64,000 bases of DNA from Vicugna vicugna (lineage: Eukaryota), in assembly GCA_013265495.1 (NCBI GenBank), contig MU057711.1, positions 868,001-932,000 of the forward strand, given 5' to 3'. Below the pieces are notes generated by a model that was not told where the DNA came from, searched no databases, and saw only the letters and a list, made by a program, of their open reading frames with translations. Shown here piece by piece: positions 52,005 through 64,000 of this stretch; the first letter of the stretch is position 1; each line of letters opens with the position of its first letter. A program made the translations under genes and the position numbers.

Positions 52005-52915
52005 TTGATGACTAGAGAAGTTCCTTTAACATTTGTTGTAAAGCTGGTTTGGTGGTGCTGAAATCTTTTAGCTTTTGTTTAGCTGTGAATCTTTTGATTT
52101 CTCCATCAAGTCTGAACAAGAGCCTGGCTGGATAGAGTGTTCTTGGTTGTAAGTTTCCCCCTTGCATCACTTTAAACATATCGTGCCACTCCCTTCTGGC
52201 CTGTAGAGTTGCTGCTGTAAGATCAGCTGATAACCTTATGGGAGCTCCCTTGTATGTTATTTGTTGCTTTTCTCTTGCTAATTTTTATATTTTCTCCTTC
52301 TCCTTAATTGTCAACTCGGCAACTATGTGCCTTGGTGTGTTCCTCTTTGGGTTGATTCTGTGTGGTACTGTCTGCACTTCCAGGACTTGGGTGACTGTTT
52401 CCTTTCCCAAGTTGGGGAAGTTGTCAGTTATTATTTCTCCCCAAATTTTCTCAGGTCCTTCCTCTCTCTCTTCTCTTTCTGGGAACCCTATAATGTGAAT
52501 ATCAGAGCGCTTCATGTTGTCCCAGAGTGCTCTTAAACTGTCCTCATGCCTTTTTATTCTTTTTTCTGTTCTGAAGTAGTGATTTCCACTAATCTGTCTT
52601 CTAGCTCACTGATCCGTTCTGCCTCATTTAGTCTATTCTTGGTTCCTTCTAGTGTATTGTTCATTTCACTGATTTTATTCTTCAGCTCTGTTTGGGTGTT
52701 CTTATATTTCCCAACTCTTTGCTAAAAACGTCACTCTGTGCATCTATACTCCTCTCAAGTTCTCCAAACCTCTTCACCATCATTGCTTTAAACTATTTTC
52801 TCAGATAAATTACCTATCTCCTTATCACTTATTTCTTCTTCTGGGATTTTATCTTGTGCCTTGGCCTGGGAGATATTCCTTTGACGCCTCTTAATCTTCT
52901 TTATTTCCTGGATTG
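52005..52915 (-). mobile_element. LINE-1 ORF1 fragment
   Basis: Peptide MKRSDIHIIGFPEREEREEGPEKIWGEIITDNFPNLGKE...RINPKRNTPRHIV is L1 ORF1p-like. Confidence 0.92.
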
Positions 52916-53132
52916 GGGGTGGAATTTCCACATCTTGGTTTTTCAGTACCTTAGGGGGAAACATCAACAATTTTTTAAAGGGTGCTGGGAGAGTTTCAAA
53001 GATGCACCAAGCAAAATTAACACTAATATATTTTATGTTTTAAAAAGCAGTTTATACCCACCAGCATTTGTAGGAGCTCTGGGTGTGGGGAATATGAACT
53101 ATGGGAACTTGCATAAAACTTGACAAACAAGA

Positions 53133-53285
53133 GGGGAGGGTATAGCTCTGTGGTGGAATGCGTGCTTAGCATGCATAAAGTCCTGAGCTCAATCCCTGGT
53201 ACCTGCATTAAGAAATAAACAGATAACAAGCAAACCTAATTACCAGCCCCCTGAAAAAGCTTTTAAGTTAAAAATTAAAATTAAA
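53133..53285 (+). mobile_element. Vic-1-like SINE
   Basis: ggggagggtatagctctgtggtggaatg...aaacctaattacc. Confidence 0.88.
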
Positions 53286-53486
53286 ACAATAAGATGTTGT
53301 AATCTCAAATTATTGAGGGTTGCCATGCAATTGAACATAGTCACCTTAAATTCAGATCTTTTTCATACCTGGCAAAAAACACACCTCTGGGGAACAAGAT
53401 CAATTCACAAATGTCCATTAATTTCACTGTAAAAACATCTTCCCTGTGCTGGGCATTGGAGACACAATCCAAACCCTCAAGGACCA

Positions 53487-53596
53487 GGGGAGGGTATAGG
53501 TCAGCGGCAGAGTGCATGCCTAGCATGCACGAGGTCCTGGGTTCAATTCCCAGTGCTTCCATGAAATAAATAAATAAACCTAATTATCTCCCCCTT
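53487..53596 (+). mobile_element. Vic-1-like SINE without A tail
   Basis: Perfect 16-bp TSD caaaccctcaaggacc (53470-53485 / 53597-53612). Confidence 0.92.
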
Positions 53597-56500
53597 CAAA
53601 CCCTCAAGGACCCTTAAGGATAGTCATCTGATTCTGTGAATTAAAACAGCAATTAATATGGACCTTCTTCCTTGAAAATATCCTCTCATAGCATGTTTTA
53701 AATCAAATTTGGGAGGCTCCTGGGTCACTCCTGAGGCCGATCCCTGGAAGGACCCATGAACTTCTGCTCTAAGTCTTAGGGTCTCAGAACTGAGGGCCAC
53801 CAGGTTTCTATTGCTTCTGTGGGTCCCAAAGGAAGGGATATTTTGGGAAGCCAGGAGCAGGGAGTCCCCTCTTACAGGAAGCACTGGTCACTTAGATGTT
53901 CCGTGAAGAAGCAAGGAGAACTAGTTGAGCAACCTGGTTTATAGGTGAAGGATTCTGGGGGTCAGAGAGGGCAAGCATCTGACTTTCTCACGCATTCAAG
54001 ATCGCAATGGGAGTCACAACAGCTGCCGCCAGTGGATGGCCCATGGAGTGGGGTCTATTTGCAGCCATAGCTTCAATAATCCTTCTAATAATAATGCTCC
54101 CTCCATCATTCTATCTGGCCTGGGTGTAATTATTCCTAGTCTTCGGAATCAGAGAGGGTGAGTGACTTGTCAAAGTCACACAGCAGGAAGAAGCTCCGCT
54201 GGAGGTGGAATCCATTCTGGGTTTCTTCAAAGCAGGGGGCCAAAGGTTGAGGTGACTATAAAGATGGCAAAGATATTGTCTTTACTCTCATAAAGCTGTC
54301 TGTCTTATTGGGGGTGGGGGGCTGGGACATATATAAAAAAGTTTAAACTATTAACTGAATGCTTCTACATGCCTGGCCTGGAGGAGAGGTCCCTGAGAGA
54401 TAGCCCTTAGCCCTGAATCCAACGCTGCCTCATCTTTTGTTCTGTTTGGCTCAGATAATGGCTTTAATGCTATGTGCACTCAGGCTCCAGCTCAGGCAAA
54501 CAAGCGTCCTGTTTCTGTAACGTTGCACCCGGCGAGTGCCCTGTGATGCCCTCTGAGAGGATACCTGCTCTGTTTTCTACCGCAGCTCCCAAGTAGGAAG
54601 CAGTCTGTTGTGAGTCACCTCTGCCTCGTCACTCACCGGAGGTGAGGACCACAGGGAGAGGCCACGCCTGTTCGTGGATCTTTAAGCAGTGCCGGCAGGT
54701 ATGTATGCTGCCCTCGGTGGGCGGCCACCAGTAGTTCCGGCAGGCAGCCCCATCCACAGGGACAGAACTTCTCCCTCTTCCAGGGCTCAGTCTCCACCTT
54801 CGCACTTGCCTGATGCCCCACGTTGTCGCCTCCCTCTCTGTGTTTGTCCACACAACTCTTCCTGCCTGGAAAGCCCATCCTGCCCCATCCCACTGGCCTC
54901 AGTGACCATCCTTCCTTCCCAGGACCGCTCATGCTTCAGGTCTTCTGTGAGGCCCTGCTCTCCCCCTCAAGCTGACTTTGAGGCTGGCTGTTTCCAGAGT
55001 AGACTGTCCCCAGGTGCCCTCTCAACACTGCCCCTTTCATTTCACTTCTTTTTCTCCCTTGTTGGATGTTGGGGACCTGAATTTGTACCTGGGCCCCATT
55101 TCACCACTGACAGAGTCAAGGAGTTGTTAGACCTTTAGTTCAATCCCTCACCTTAGAGATGAGGAAGCCAAGACCCAGAGAGAGGAAGTGGCTTGCACAA
55201 GGTCCACGGGTTGGTGGCGGGGTGCAGAGTGGAGCCCAGGTGTTGCGTCTCCCCATCCAGTGCTCCGCACACTTCACCACGCTTCCGGGAGCAGCATTTC
55301 CCTTGGAGAAATGGCAACTTGATGTGTTGCCACCAGCACCTTGTGGATGGAATAGGTTGTCCTCAAGGGAACAGAGGGGCCTCCAAGGAAGACCTCTTGC
55401 TAATGGTGGAGAAGGAAGGAAGTGTGGAGTAAGAATTGCTACAACCCCTGGTTTCCCCATCTGGAAACAGGGAGGCTGACCCCTGCCCTGGAGCCTTGGA
55501 GTGTTCTGAGGGTCAGGGATGACCGTGTAAAGCGCTGAGTGTGTCCTAGTAAGCAGTCAAGGCCTTCCATCCCTCGGCCCATGTGACCTTCCCAGGCTCA
55601 TCATTCCTACACCAGCCCCAACAGCTCACGCTCCAGCTGCCTCTGGCTTCTCACCCGTTCTGGCCATTCTCTGCCCTTTCCTCCTCTGCTCCTTAGTCTT
55701 CAGGCTTTGTCCTCAGCCTGAGCTAGCCTTTCCCCTCAATCCAAGAATTGCAAGCCGAGGCCATCTTCTGGGTCTACTGCAAAGACTGCTTCCTCTGAGA
55801 AGTCCTCCCTGATTGCCCTCCTTTCTGTGTCTCACACCATTTGCTCACTCCTCTCATCAGGCATTTCTTGGTCATTTCTATCTGGATACATGTCCCTCTT
55901 CCCTTTACCCTGTGGGCTTCTCCAGGGCAGGGATCCTGTCTTGTTGATATCTGTGTCCTCCACAGCACTCAGTAAGCCCCAGTGCACAGTGGGCGGCCCA
56001 TCACGTCGGCAGTAAACAAGACATAAGCCTTCCCGGGACAGTGTGGAAGTCAAGACAAACTCCAGGCAAAGCTTTCAGGGCAAAGAGTCCAGATGAAAGG
56101 GGGACACTGCTTTTACTTCCAAACACACTGATCATCTGTTTCATAGACCCACACCAAGTTGGTTCCCTCCTTTCTCCATTTCTCATTTGGCTATTTTGGT
56201 CCAACTTTCTTTCTTTCTTTTTTTTTGGTCCAACTTTCATGTTAGCACGACTCCACCATCCCCAGGCTGGAACTCTCCCCTCTGCCTCACCCTCAAGCTG
56301 ACCTTTGCCTCACCAGGTGTTTATTTTGCCTCCTAAATTGCAGAGTCTAAACATTGCTCTTGTAACACAAGCCACAGGCAGCTGTGTGACCTGGACATGT
56401 TACTTCACCTCCCTCCTTCCCTTGCTTACTTACTTTTCCTCATGAGTGAGGAGCCGCTGACCCCAGGGGCTGCCGTGAAGATCAGATGAGCTCAGGCATG

Positions 56501-57236
56501 AGACGGGCCCAGCCTGGTGTCAGACACACTAAGCAGTCTGTGAATGTTCCCAAACATAAAAAGAGGAAGAAGACCCAGCTTTAGTCAGTCACTTGTTTCT
56601 ATGCTGCCAAAACCTGCTTCGGGACCTGTTCTCTGCATTTCGCCATTTGGTAAGCCCTGCTTGCAGCAATACTGCAGCTTCCCGGTCAGCAGCGCCTCTG
56701 CCATCATCTGATCAGCCAGGCTCTTTGGCAAACCAGGCCCCAGGAAGAGAGGGTCACTGCCAGTATTCTGAATCTGTGGTTGTTGTCTTTGCCCAGACTT
56801 GGCGGATAATCCATAAACATTGACAAACCTCTAGTGTTATTATTTTTTCTTTTTAAAGATGTAATATGTCACAATGAGAAGGTTCTGAGGGTTTGGAGGA
56901 GATCCTGCTTTCTGGAGGCCCTCGTGGGCACCTGGCTTGGAATGTCTTCCAGCCAGGGAGCCTGGTGAAATCTTAAGATGCCCCAGGGGAGAAGTGTCCC
57001 CAGCCCTTGTGGCTGCTTCACTGCCAGCCACTCTGCTCCTTGGCTCGCCTCCCTGGACCTCCTTTCTGGCCTTCTCTCTAATCATGACCACTTCCAAGGA
57101 GAAATTGACAGCAGAGTCCTAGGCAAAGCGTTGGAATCGGGCCTGGACCGTGCCCTCCATGGACAGATGGCCTCCTTCCTTGACTGTCCCACCTGGAGGG
57201 TAATTTCCCCTTGCAGTTGAAAGTAGGAGCTGTGTA

Positions 57237-57402
57237 GGGGGTGGGTATGGCTCAGTGGTAGAGTGCGTGTTTAGCATGCACGAGGTCCTAGGTTCAATCT
57301 CCAGTGCCTCCATTTAAAAACGTACATAAATAAATGAGCCTAATTACCTCCCCCTACAAAAAAACAAAACAAAACAAGCCAAAAAAAAAAAAAAAGAAGA
57401 AC
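57237..57402 (+). mobile_element. Vic-1-like SINE
   Basis: A/B boxes, A-rich tail, perfect 14-bp TSD aaagtaggagctgt (57220-57233 / 57403-57416). Confidence 0.93.
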
Positions 57403-57919
57403 AAAGTAGGAGCTGTTTGCAGGCCTTTAAATTCTCAGTGGCACCGTTCAGATCTAACAGATGGAAGTAGGTGTCATAAAACCACCTGTTTAAGTGGCTC
57501 TAAATTAAGTCCCACCGTGTGATCTCTCTTTCCTTACATCCGTTGTTAATAAGAGGCCCCACCGGACAGATGAGAAACACTGCTTTTGAAGAGCCAGCAG
57601 GAAGGAGTTAGTCCTGCTTACCAGCAAGCCAGGAAGGGCTAGCAGTGCCCCGAGAGGAAGATGCAGGGGGAGGAGTGAGGTCGAGGACGGGACTGTTAAC
57701 ACACAGTGGATTTCTAGAGGCACGGGAACTCTGGATTACTCCTCCTCCTCCTCCTTCCATGTTCTGTCTGGGTTTTCAAGTGGATAAAGCTGGGGCCTTG
57801 GCCTGGGGTGACTTATGCAGCCCAGAGACCTTTGCATCTGATTGATTTGTGCAGAGCTTCTGACTGGCAACTTTGTAAACACTTGGTTCGCTCACAACTG
57901 TCACAGTGCTTCTCTGTAT

Positions 57920-58425
57920 CGGTTAGAGTTCAGAAACGACTGTAGAGCTTTCAACAGAGGGAATTTAATACCAGGAACTGGTTGTATAGAAAATGGAAGT
58001 GAACATAGCTTAGCAAGAGCAGAAACCTCTGGCCCCAGGGCTGAGGCGTGAGAGCCCAGCCAGAGCCAGGGCGGGCTGGCAGAAGCTAGACCAGGCCAGG
58101 GCTCCTGTGGGAGCTGGCCACGTGGAGACGAGGGATGTCCTGCAGGAGCTGGACCCATGGGGGCTGTCCTGTGAGAGCTGGAGCCATCGAGGAGACACAT
58201 CCACTGTCTTAGACACATCCACCGGAGGCTGAGCAAGAGGGGAGAAATGCCTGTCTTCTCTCCTCCTCCTGTACTCCAGTCTCTTGCCAGTTTCTCCCAC
58301 TGGGCAAAGCTATTTGGAAGCCACCTGGTGAGGGAGCCTGGCAAGTGTAGCTTCCTGTAATATAGAACAGTGGACAGGCAGGGAATGGACCTGGGGGCAA
58401 ATAACGGGCAGGGTCTCCAACAAGC
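57920..58425 (-). mobile_element. ERVL-class LTR (LTR33-like)
   Basis: aacagagggaatttaata...ccagtctcttgccagtttctcccactgggcaaagcta...ggaagccacctggtgagggagcctgg. Confidence 0.6.
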
Positions 58426-58730
58426 CAAGGTTGCCGGATGAAACCGCTAGGTTGCAGGAAAGCACTGAGGGAGCAGGGGAACTAAACAGGCAGCCAGGGC
58501 CTAGACCCCGTTCAAAGCCTTTCAGTAGTGTGTCCCAGAGCGTGGGAGAGGTACTGGAGCTGAGGGAGGCAGCACACAGACCCGGTGGGGCATTGAGGAA
58601 CAGTGTATCCGTGAGTGAGAAAGCTGATCTCTTTCAATTCTCTTTCCCATCGTCCGCTAGCACTAAGGTGGTGTGAACAGATCTTTAACGTCTCTCTGAC
58701 CCGTGCTCATCTCTCCTTTTCCAGTTGGTG

Positions 58731-59108
58731 GTGTAATAGATTACGTTGGCTGGCCCAGATCCCCTTGACCCAGATAACATTCACTTCCCAGCTTTTCTGA
58801 GTGTTGGCTGCTAACAGTTTACACCCTTCTCTTCTGAGTTGCCTCACCTGGAAACAGGTGAGAGGCGATACCATCACCCAGGGGCCATCTGTAGTCCATA
58901 ACTGATGGATGCAGGAGGCAGGGCCCAGTATCAGTCATCAGGGTGGGTCAGAGCTGTGGTGCCACTCATGTTCCAGAGCTTCCGGGAGAGGGCTGAGGCC
59001 AGACTTCGGCTGAACCCACACCCTTGGGTAGCCTCCTTCTGCCTCCTTCCTCCTTCACCAAGAGCCCTCCCAAAGCACTTGCACACAAATCAAAAGGAAT
59101 CCAAGACA
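58731..59108 (+). mobile_element. ERVL-class LTR (LTR16-like)
   Basis: tgagtgttggctgctaacag...tgtggtgccactcatgttccagagct...ggctgaggccagactt..., ends aagaca. Confidence 0.65.
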
Positions 59109-59289
59109 GCAGGCAGCCAGCTCTAGCTAGAATTTAATAACTTTTTTTATTACCTTTTTTTCATATCTTTGGTTGACTTACGGTCCATGAAAAAGGTTTT
59201 ACATTTATGGTAGTGATGTAAGTTTCACTTTACAGTCATTTTAATTTTAAAAATGTAAAGAAAAATATTAAATAAAAAATAGTACAGCT

Positions 59290-60378
59290 TGTACCCAAAT
59301 GTTCACAGCAGCTTCATTCGTAGGACCCCAAAACTAGAAACAGTCCAGTGTGCTTCAGCTGGTGAAGGGATAAGCAAATTAAGGGGAATCCATTCATAGC
59401 AATAAAAAAGAATGAACTAATTTTTGAAGGGATACTTTTTTTTTGTCTTTCTATTTTGAAATGATTTGAGACTCACATGCAAGTTGCAGAAATAGTACAA
59501 AGTTTCCTTGTCCCTGACACTGTTTCCCCCAAAGACAATGTTGACATAACCCCAGCACAAAGATCAAAACTGGGAAATTGACATCGATACAATGCTATTA
59601 ACTACAGACCTAATATGGATTTTACGTTTTGACACATGCTGATTTTTTATGGGGGAGGATACTGACATTTCATCACATGTATATTTTCACGTAACCACCC
59701 CACAATCAGGGTACAGAACTCCTCCATCACCTCTAAGAGACTCTCCCCCAACCGTAACCCCAGCAAGCACCCATCTCTTCACCATCACTGTACTTTCTCA
59801 TTTCAAGGCTGTTCTATACCTGGGATGATAGAGTGGCTACAAGTTTTTAGAAATCAGCATGATGTGCTAGTCATCATGATGTAAAACATTAACTCAAGAG
59901 AGTAAACATTAATTGTATGCTACATAACTTCTAAGAGGCTCTGTCAGATAACTATGTTTACATTTCTGAGACAGCAGAGATTTATTTTTATTTTTTATTG
60001 TGGTAAAGTACACATAAAATTTATCATCTTAACCATTTTTAAGTGTACGGTAGGAATGAACTATTAATATATGTCACAACTTCGATGAACCTCAAAAGGT
60101 TCAGAAACCACCCCCAAACCCTGGTACTGTATGAGTCCTTCTGTATGAAACTTCAAAAAGGCAAAACAATAGGGGTCAACAGCAGATCAGTGGTGGCCGC
60201 CCATCAGGAGGGAGAGACTGCCAAGGGGCATGAGGGAACTTTTCAGGTGATGAAAACATTCTAGGTATCATGATTATAGTGGTAGTTTCATACTGTTTGC
60301 ATTTATCAAACTTCAAGCTATACACTTAAAACAGGTGAATTTTAATGGAAATTATGCCTTAATAGAGCCAATTTAAAA
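59290..60378. mobile_element. Old LINE-1 3' end (plus) with nested reverse L1 fragments
   Basis: aatgttcacagcagcttcattcgta...aatgaacta is split at ~59420 and resumes ~60055; reverse L1MC-like piece 59450-59830. Confidence 0.7.
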
Positions 60379-61825
60379 ATTAGTGCAGTTGCCTGTGGGC
60401 CCAGGAGAATCTGTGAGAATCACAGAGGAAAGAGCTGAAGTGGATGAGGGTGGTGGTGTTTCAGGGAGAGTATTTCAGGTCTTCACTGGGTCACTCCCTG
60501 GGCGGCTCCTTTGTACTCCCTGGGCGGCTCCTTCGTGCTCCCAGACCTCAGATGTGATGGTTGCGAACAGCTCAGGGAGAGTGGTGGGCAGACCGTGGGA
60601 CCCCTCCCTCTCCTTCCCCCATGAACAGGCGGAGTAGAAAGCAAGCCCCCACCCCTTCACATATTCACATGATCACACCTTTCTTGACCTTTCAGTTGTT
60701 GGTTTGTTTTAAGCGAACATCCCTAGCAGGAGAGGAAGCAGGAGGGAGGAAGTGGTTACTGAGAAGGTGGTAAAGAAAGATCTTCCCCTGCTCAGCCCTT
60801 GTGAGGAGACGACAGACGTGGACTCTGAGTGACCCACCTTGGAGAATCGGATGGACGATGGAAAAGCCCCCAGGGTCACTCAGCCAGGAGTCTCTGCTCT
60901 CAACATCGGTCGTTCAACTTCCAAGTTTTGTAAAGATGGGCGCTTCTCTGTCTCTGATTTCTGTCTCTGACTTCCTTTGATGGAGCTGAGCAGAGGTGGG
61001 ATGGCTTCATTCAAGAAGAGGAGGCTGCTCTGAACGTCCCATAAATGTTGTCTTTGTGCAAAGTCAGCTTGTCCAAACATCATCCATCACCATGAACCAC
61101 ATTTCATTGGATCAAATGGCTTCTTTTTGCAGAGAAGTACTTGTACTAATATTTGCCTTGCACGGCGCAAAATCATACGGAAATCAGATACTGAATGTGG
61201 ATCTTGGGAGAGACGGTGGCTGAGATAGCTGTACTTTCCTGAGCAGGCCGGCTGGCCCAGTGAGTCCCCTTCTCTACCCTGGCCCCCACCCCCTGACTCT
61301 GTGGCAGCCCCTCCCCAAGTGGGAGGCAACAGGCAGACTCCACCGTCTATTTGGATGCTCACAAGGAGAGATTTTTAGGTAGACACAGCCCATCTTTCTC
61401 CCAGTGGGTGTTTTTTAATTTGCTAAAAATTCCAGAAAAGGGAGTAAACAATTATGTGTTACCAATACTTACTAATAGAGGATAGTGGGGGAAATAATTT
61501 GGGTAGTTTTCTAAGGAGTATGCACACTGTTAATAATTTTATTTATGTTTATTTGTCAAACATTTATAGCGTGCATACTATACACTATACTGTAACTCTG
61601 ATAGATACCAGGGTTATACTTTTTCAGTTATGCACCCATTTATTCATTCCACAAATAGTATTGCTTACTATGGGCCACGCCCTGAGGCAGGTATTGGACA
61701 GGGAAGAATGGAAACTAGCTCAAATCCCCTACAATGTTGCCTTATAAGATGCAATAATGAAGGTTTCCTTCTTCCTGCGTTAATTCACTCCATATTTATT
61801 CCTGTTTGAAAAATCATTTCATGGT

Positions 61826-62976
61826 CTTTTAAAAAATTGAGGTATAATTGACATAACATTATATTAGTCTCAAGTGTACCATATAGTGGTTTGATATCTG
61901 TATGTATTGCAAAATGGTCACCACAGTTAAGTGTAGTTAACATCTGTCACCCTGCATAGTTACAAATTCTTTTTCTTGCGATGAGGACTTTTAAGAGCTA
62001 CTCTCAGCAAATTTCAAATATACGATAAAGTACCCTTAACTTACTCACCATGCTGTACATTGCAGCCCCATGACTTATTTATTTTATAACTGGAATTTTG
62101 TACCTTTTGACCCCCTTTACCCACCTCTTCTCCCTGTCCTCACTTCAGTCCTCTGGCAAACACCAATCACTTCTCTGTCTCTATGAGCTTCTTTGTTGTT
62201 TATTTTTTTAGATTCCACATATAAGTTAGATCATATGGTATTTGTCTTCCTCTGACTTACTTCACTTAGCATAATGGTAAGGCCCATTATGCTAACAACA
62301 TGAATGGTCCACTCAAGGTCCATTCATGTTGTTACATATGGCAAGATTTCCTTCTCTTATATATATATATATACATGCCACATTTTAAAAATCTATTTTT
62401 CCATGATGGACACTTAGGCTGTTTCCATATCTTGGCTTTTGTGAATAATGCTGCTATGAACATGGGGGTGCAGATACCCTTTTGAGTTAGTGTTTTCATT
62501 TTCTTTAGATAAATACCCAGAAGTGGAGTTGCTGGATCAAATGGTAGTTCTATTTTTAAGTTTTTGAGGACCCTCCGTATTGTTTTCCATAGTGATTGCA
62601 CCAATTTACATTCCCACCAACAGAGCATGAGGGTTTTCTTTTCTCCACACCCTCATCAGCACTTATCTCTGTTCTTTTTGATAACAGTCATTCTAACAGG
62701 TGCGAGGTGATAGCTCATTGTGGTTTTGATTTGCATTTCTCTGATCATTAGCGATGTTGAGCATCTATTTGTGTGCCTGTTGCCCGTCTGTACATCTTCT
62801 TTGCAAAAATGTCTATTCAGATCTTCTGCCCATTTTAAAATTGAATTGTATGTGTTTTTGCTATTGAGTTGTATGGGTTCCTTATATATTTTGGGTATTA
62901 ATCCCTTATCGTTTGCAGATACTTTCTCCCAGTCAGTAGGCTGCCTTTTCACTTTGTCGATCGTTTCCTTTGCTGA
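61826..62976 (-). mobile_element. 5'-truncated LINE-1 (ORF2 C-terminus plus 3'UTR)
   Basis: Peptides [10 protein letters not shown]...[10 protein letters not shown]...[19 protein letters not shown] and [13 protein letters not shown]...[15 protein letters not shown]. Confidence 0.93.
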
Positions 62977-64000
62977 GCTACATTTGTTCCTCAGTGTCCA
63001 CGCTGGCACCAAGGTGCAGGGATGAGGTATTTCCTGTCCTCAATGAGCTTACAGCCTGGACACACCCCAGAATCTCTTCCCAACTCGGTCATCATGAAAT
63101 CACTCAACCATCCATCTATCAGAGGGAATGGGGGCCGCACATGGTGGTATAGGACAGCGGCCAAGAAGATGGAGCAATTGACTGGTGAGATGTTCAGCAA
63201 CCGTCCTGGGCTCTGGTCCAGAGGACCCTGGAGGAGGCTGACTCTCCATGGTGAGAATACTTGTACTTCCCCTTTGCTTACCCTCCTCACACTTGCAGTT
63301 AGTTGTTTAATGGCATCCACTCAGTGTGTCTTTTTCAGATACATAGTAGGTGTTCAATAGATATTTGCAGCCTGACCTTCTCTGCCAGCTTCATAGAGCA
63401 ACAGAGGCTTCCTGGAGGAGGGGGTCTTCTGGGCAGGATTTTGGGGGAAATCTCAGGGACCTTGGTGTGCCAGTATGAGGAGGCAATGGCATTAAGAAAA
63501 GTGTCAGATTGTAATAAGTACTCAAAAGAAACATTGTGATGATGATGGTGTTGCTGCTAACAATGACAGTGCTGATGGTGATTAGTCATGGGTGGCTAAG
63601 AGCTGGGCTGTCTGAATAAGCCAGAGGCTGGAGCCAGTGGGCTCCAGAGAATGCATCCAGCTCTGGAATCCTAAGGGATGCTTCTGAAATCCATGGACAA
63701 TGATGTTTCTCTGCTTCTCCCTTGTCCAAGTAGCCCGTCATGGAAGTCCACACTGAGGATTATCCAGGACCCTGCTGAGGAGGGACTTCACCTGGGAGCT
63801 GGTGGTGGGGCTCCCAGTCTCTGAGCTGTGGAGGGAGGCTAGGGGGCAGCGGCAGCCACAGATGGAGCAGAACGGCAAGGCCGGGCCCCCCAGGGAGCTC
63901 CTAGGTCTCTCTCGGTTGGTGCGCATGGTTCTCCAGTTACTTCTCTATGTCTGTGTTGGGAGAGGGGCTGGGGCTCTATTTGTCCTTCAAGTGACACAAA

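Noticed and set aside
54629..55479. Cluster of 100-150 aa ORFs
   Set aside because: Moderately GC-rich DNA partly overlapping MIR; overlapping on both strands with no domain-like content.
57901..58428. 175-aa minus-strand ORF
   Set aside because: Lies inside an LTR33-like repeat and does not start at an ATG.
1..64000. CRISPR arrays, operons or other prokaryotic/phage systems
   Set aside because: The sequence is repeat-rich mammalian DNA with no regularly spaced repeat-spacer array or dense gene packing.

Overview
Mammalian genomic DNA, almost certainly camelid (alpaca/llama/camel), inferred from 13 copies of a Vic-1-like tRNA-derived SINE. The left part (1 to ~11.1 kb) looks like intron 1 of an unidentified minus-strand gene. 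Its CpG-island promoter and apparently non-coding first exon lie at ~10.5-11.8 kb, with CGG tracts, a 9-codon uORF, NRF1/SP/YY1 motifs and a GTAAGT donor at 11079. The rest is repeat-dense upstream/intergenic DNA (L1, L2, MIR, MaLR/ERV LTRs, hAT MERs). The one convincing protein-coding unit is an intronless, poly(A)-tailed, strongly diverged and internally deleted cTAGE5/MIA2-family retrocopy on the minus strand (49122-49829). Its reading frame is still open and it has a CCAAT plus CRE-like motif pair upstream. Also worth checking: an unexplained decayed coding-like segment at ~15.8-18.1 kb, candidate enhancers at ~21.2-22.0 kb and ~36.0-36.2 kb, and several small insertion/repair scars. No prokaryotic systems, CRISPR arrays or genuine RNA genes were seen. 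Repeat names and boundaries were assigned by eye and are approximate.
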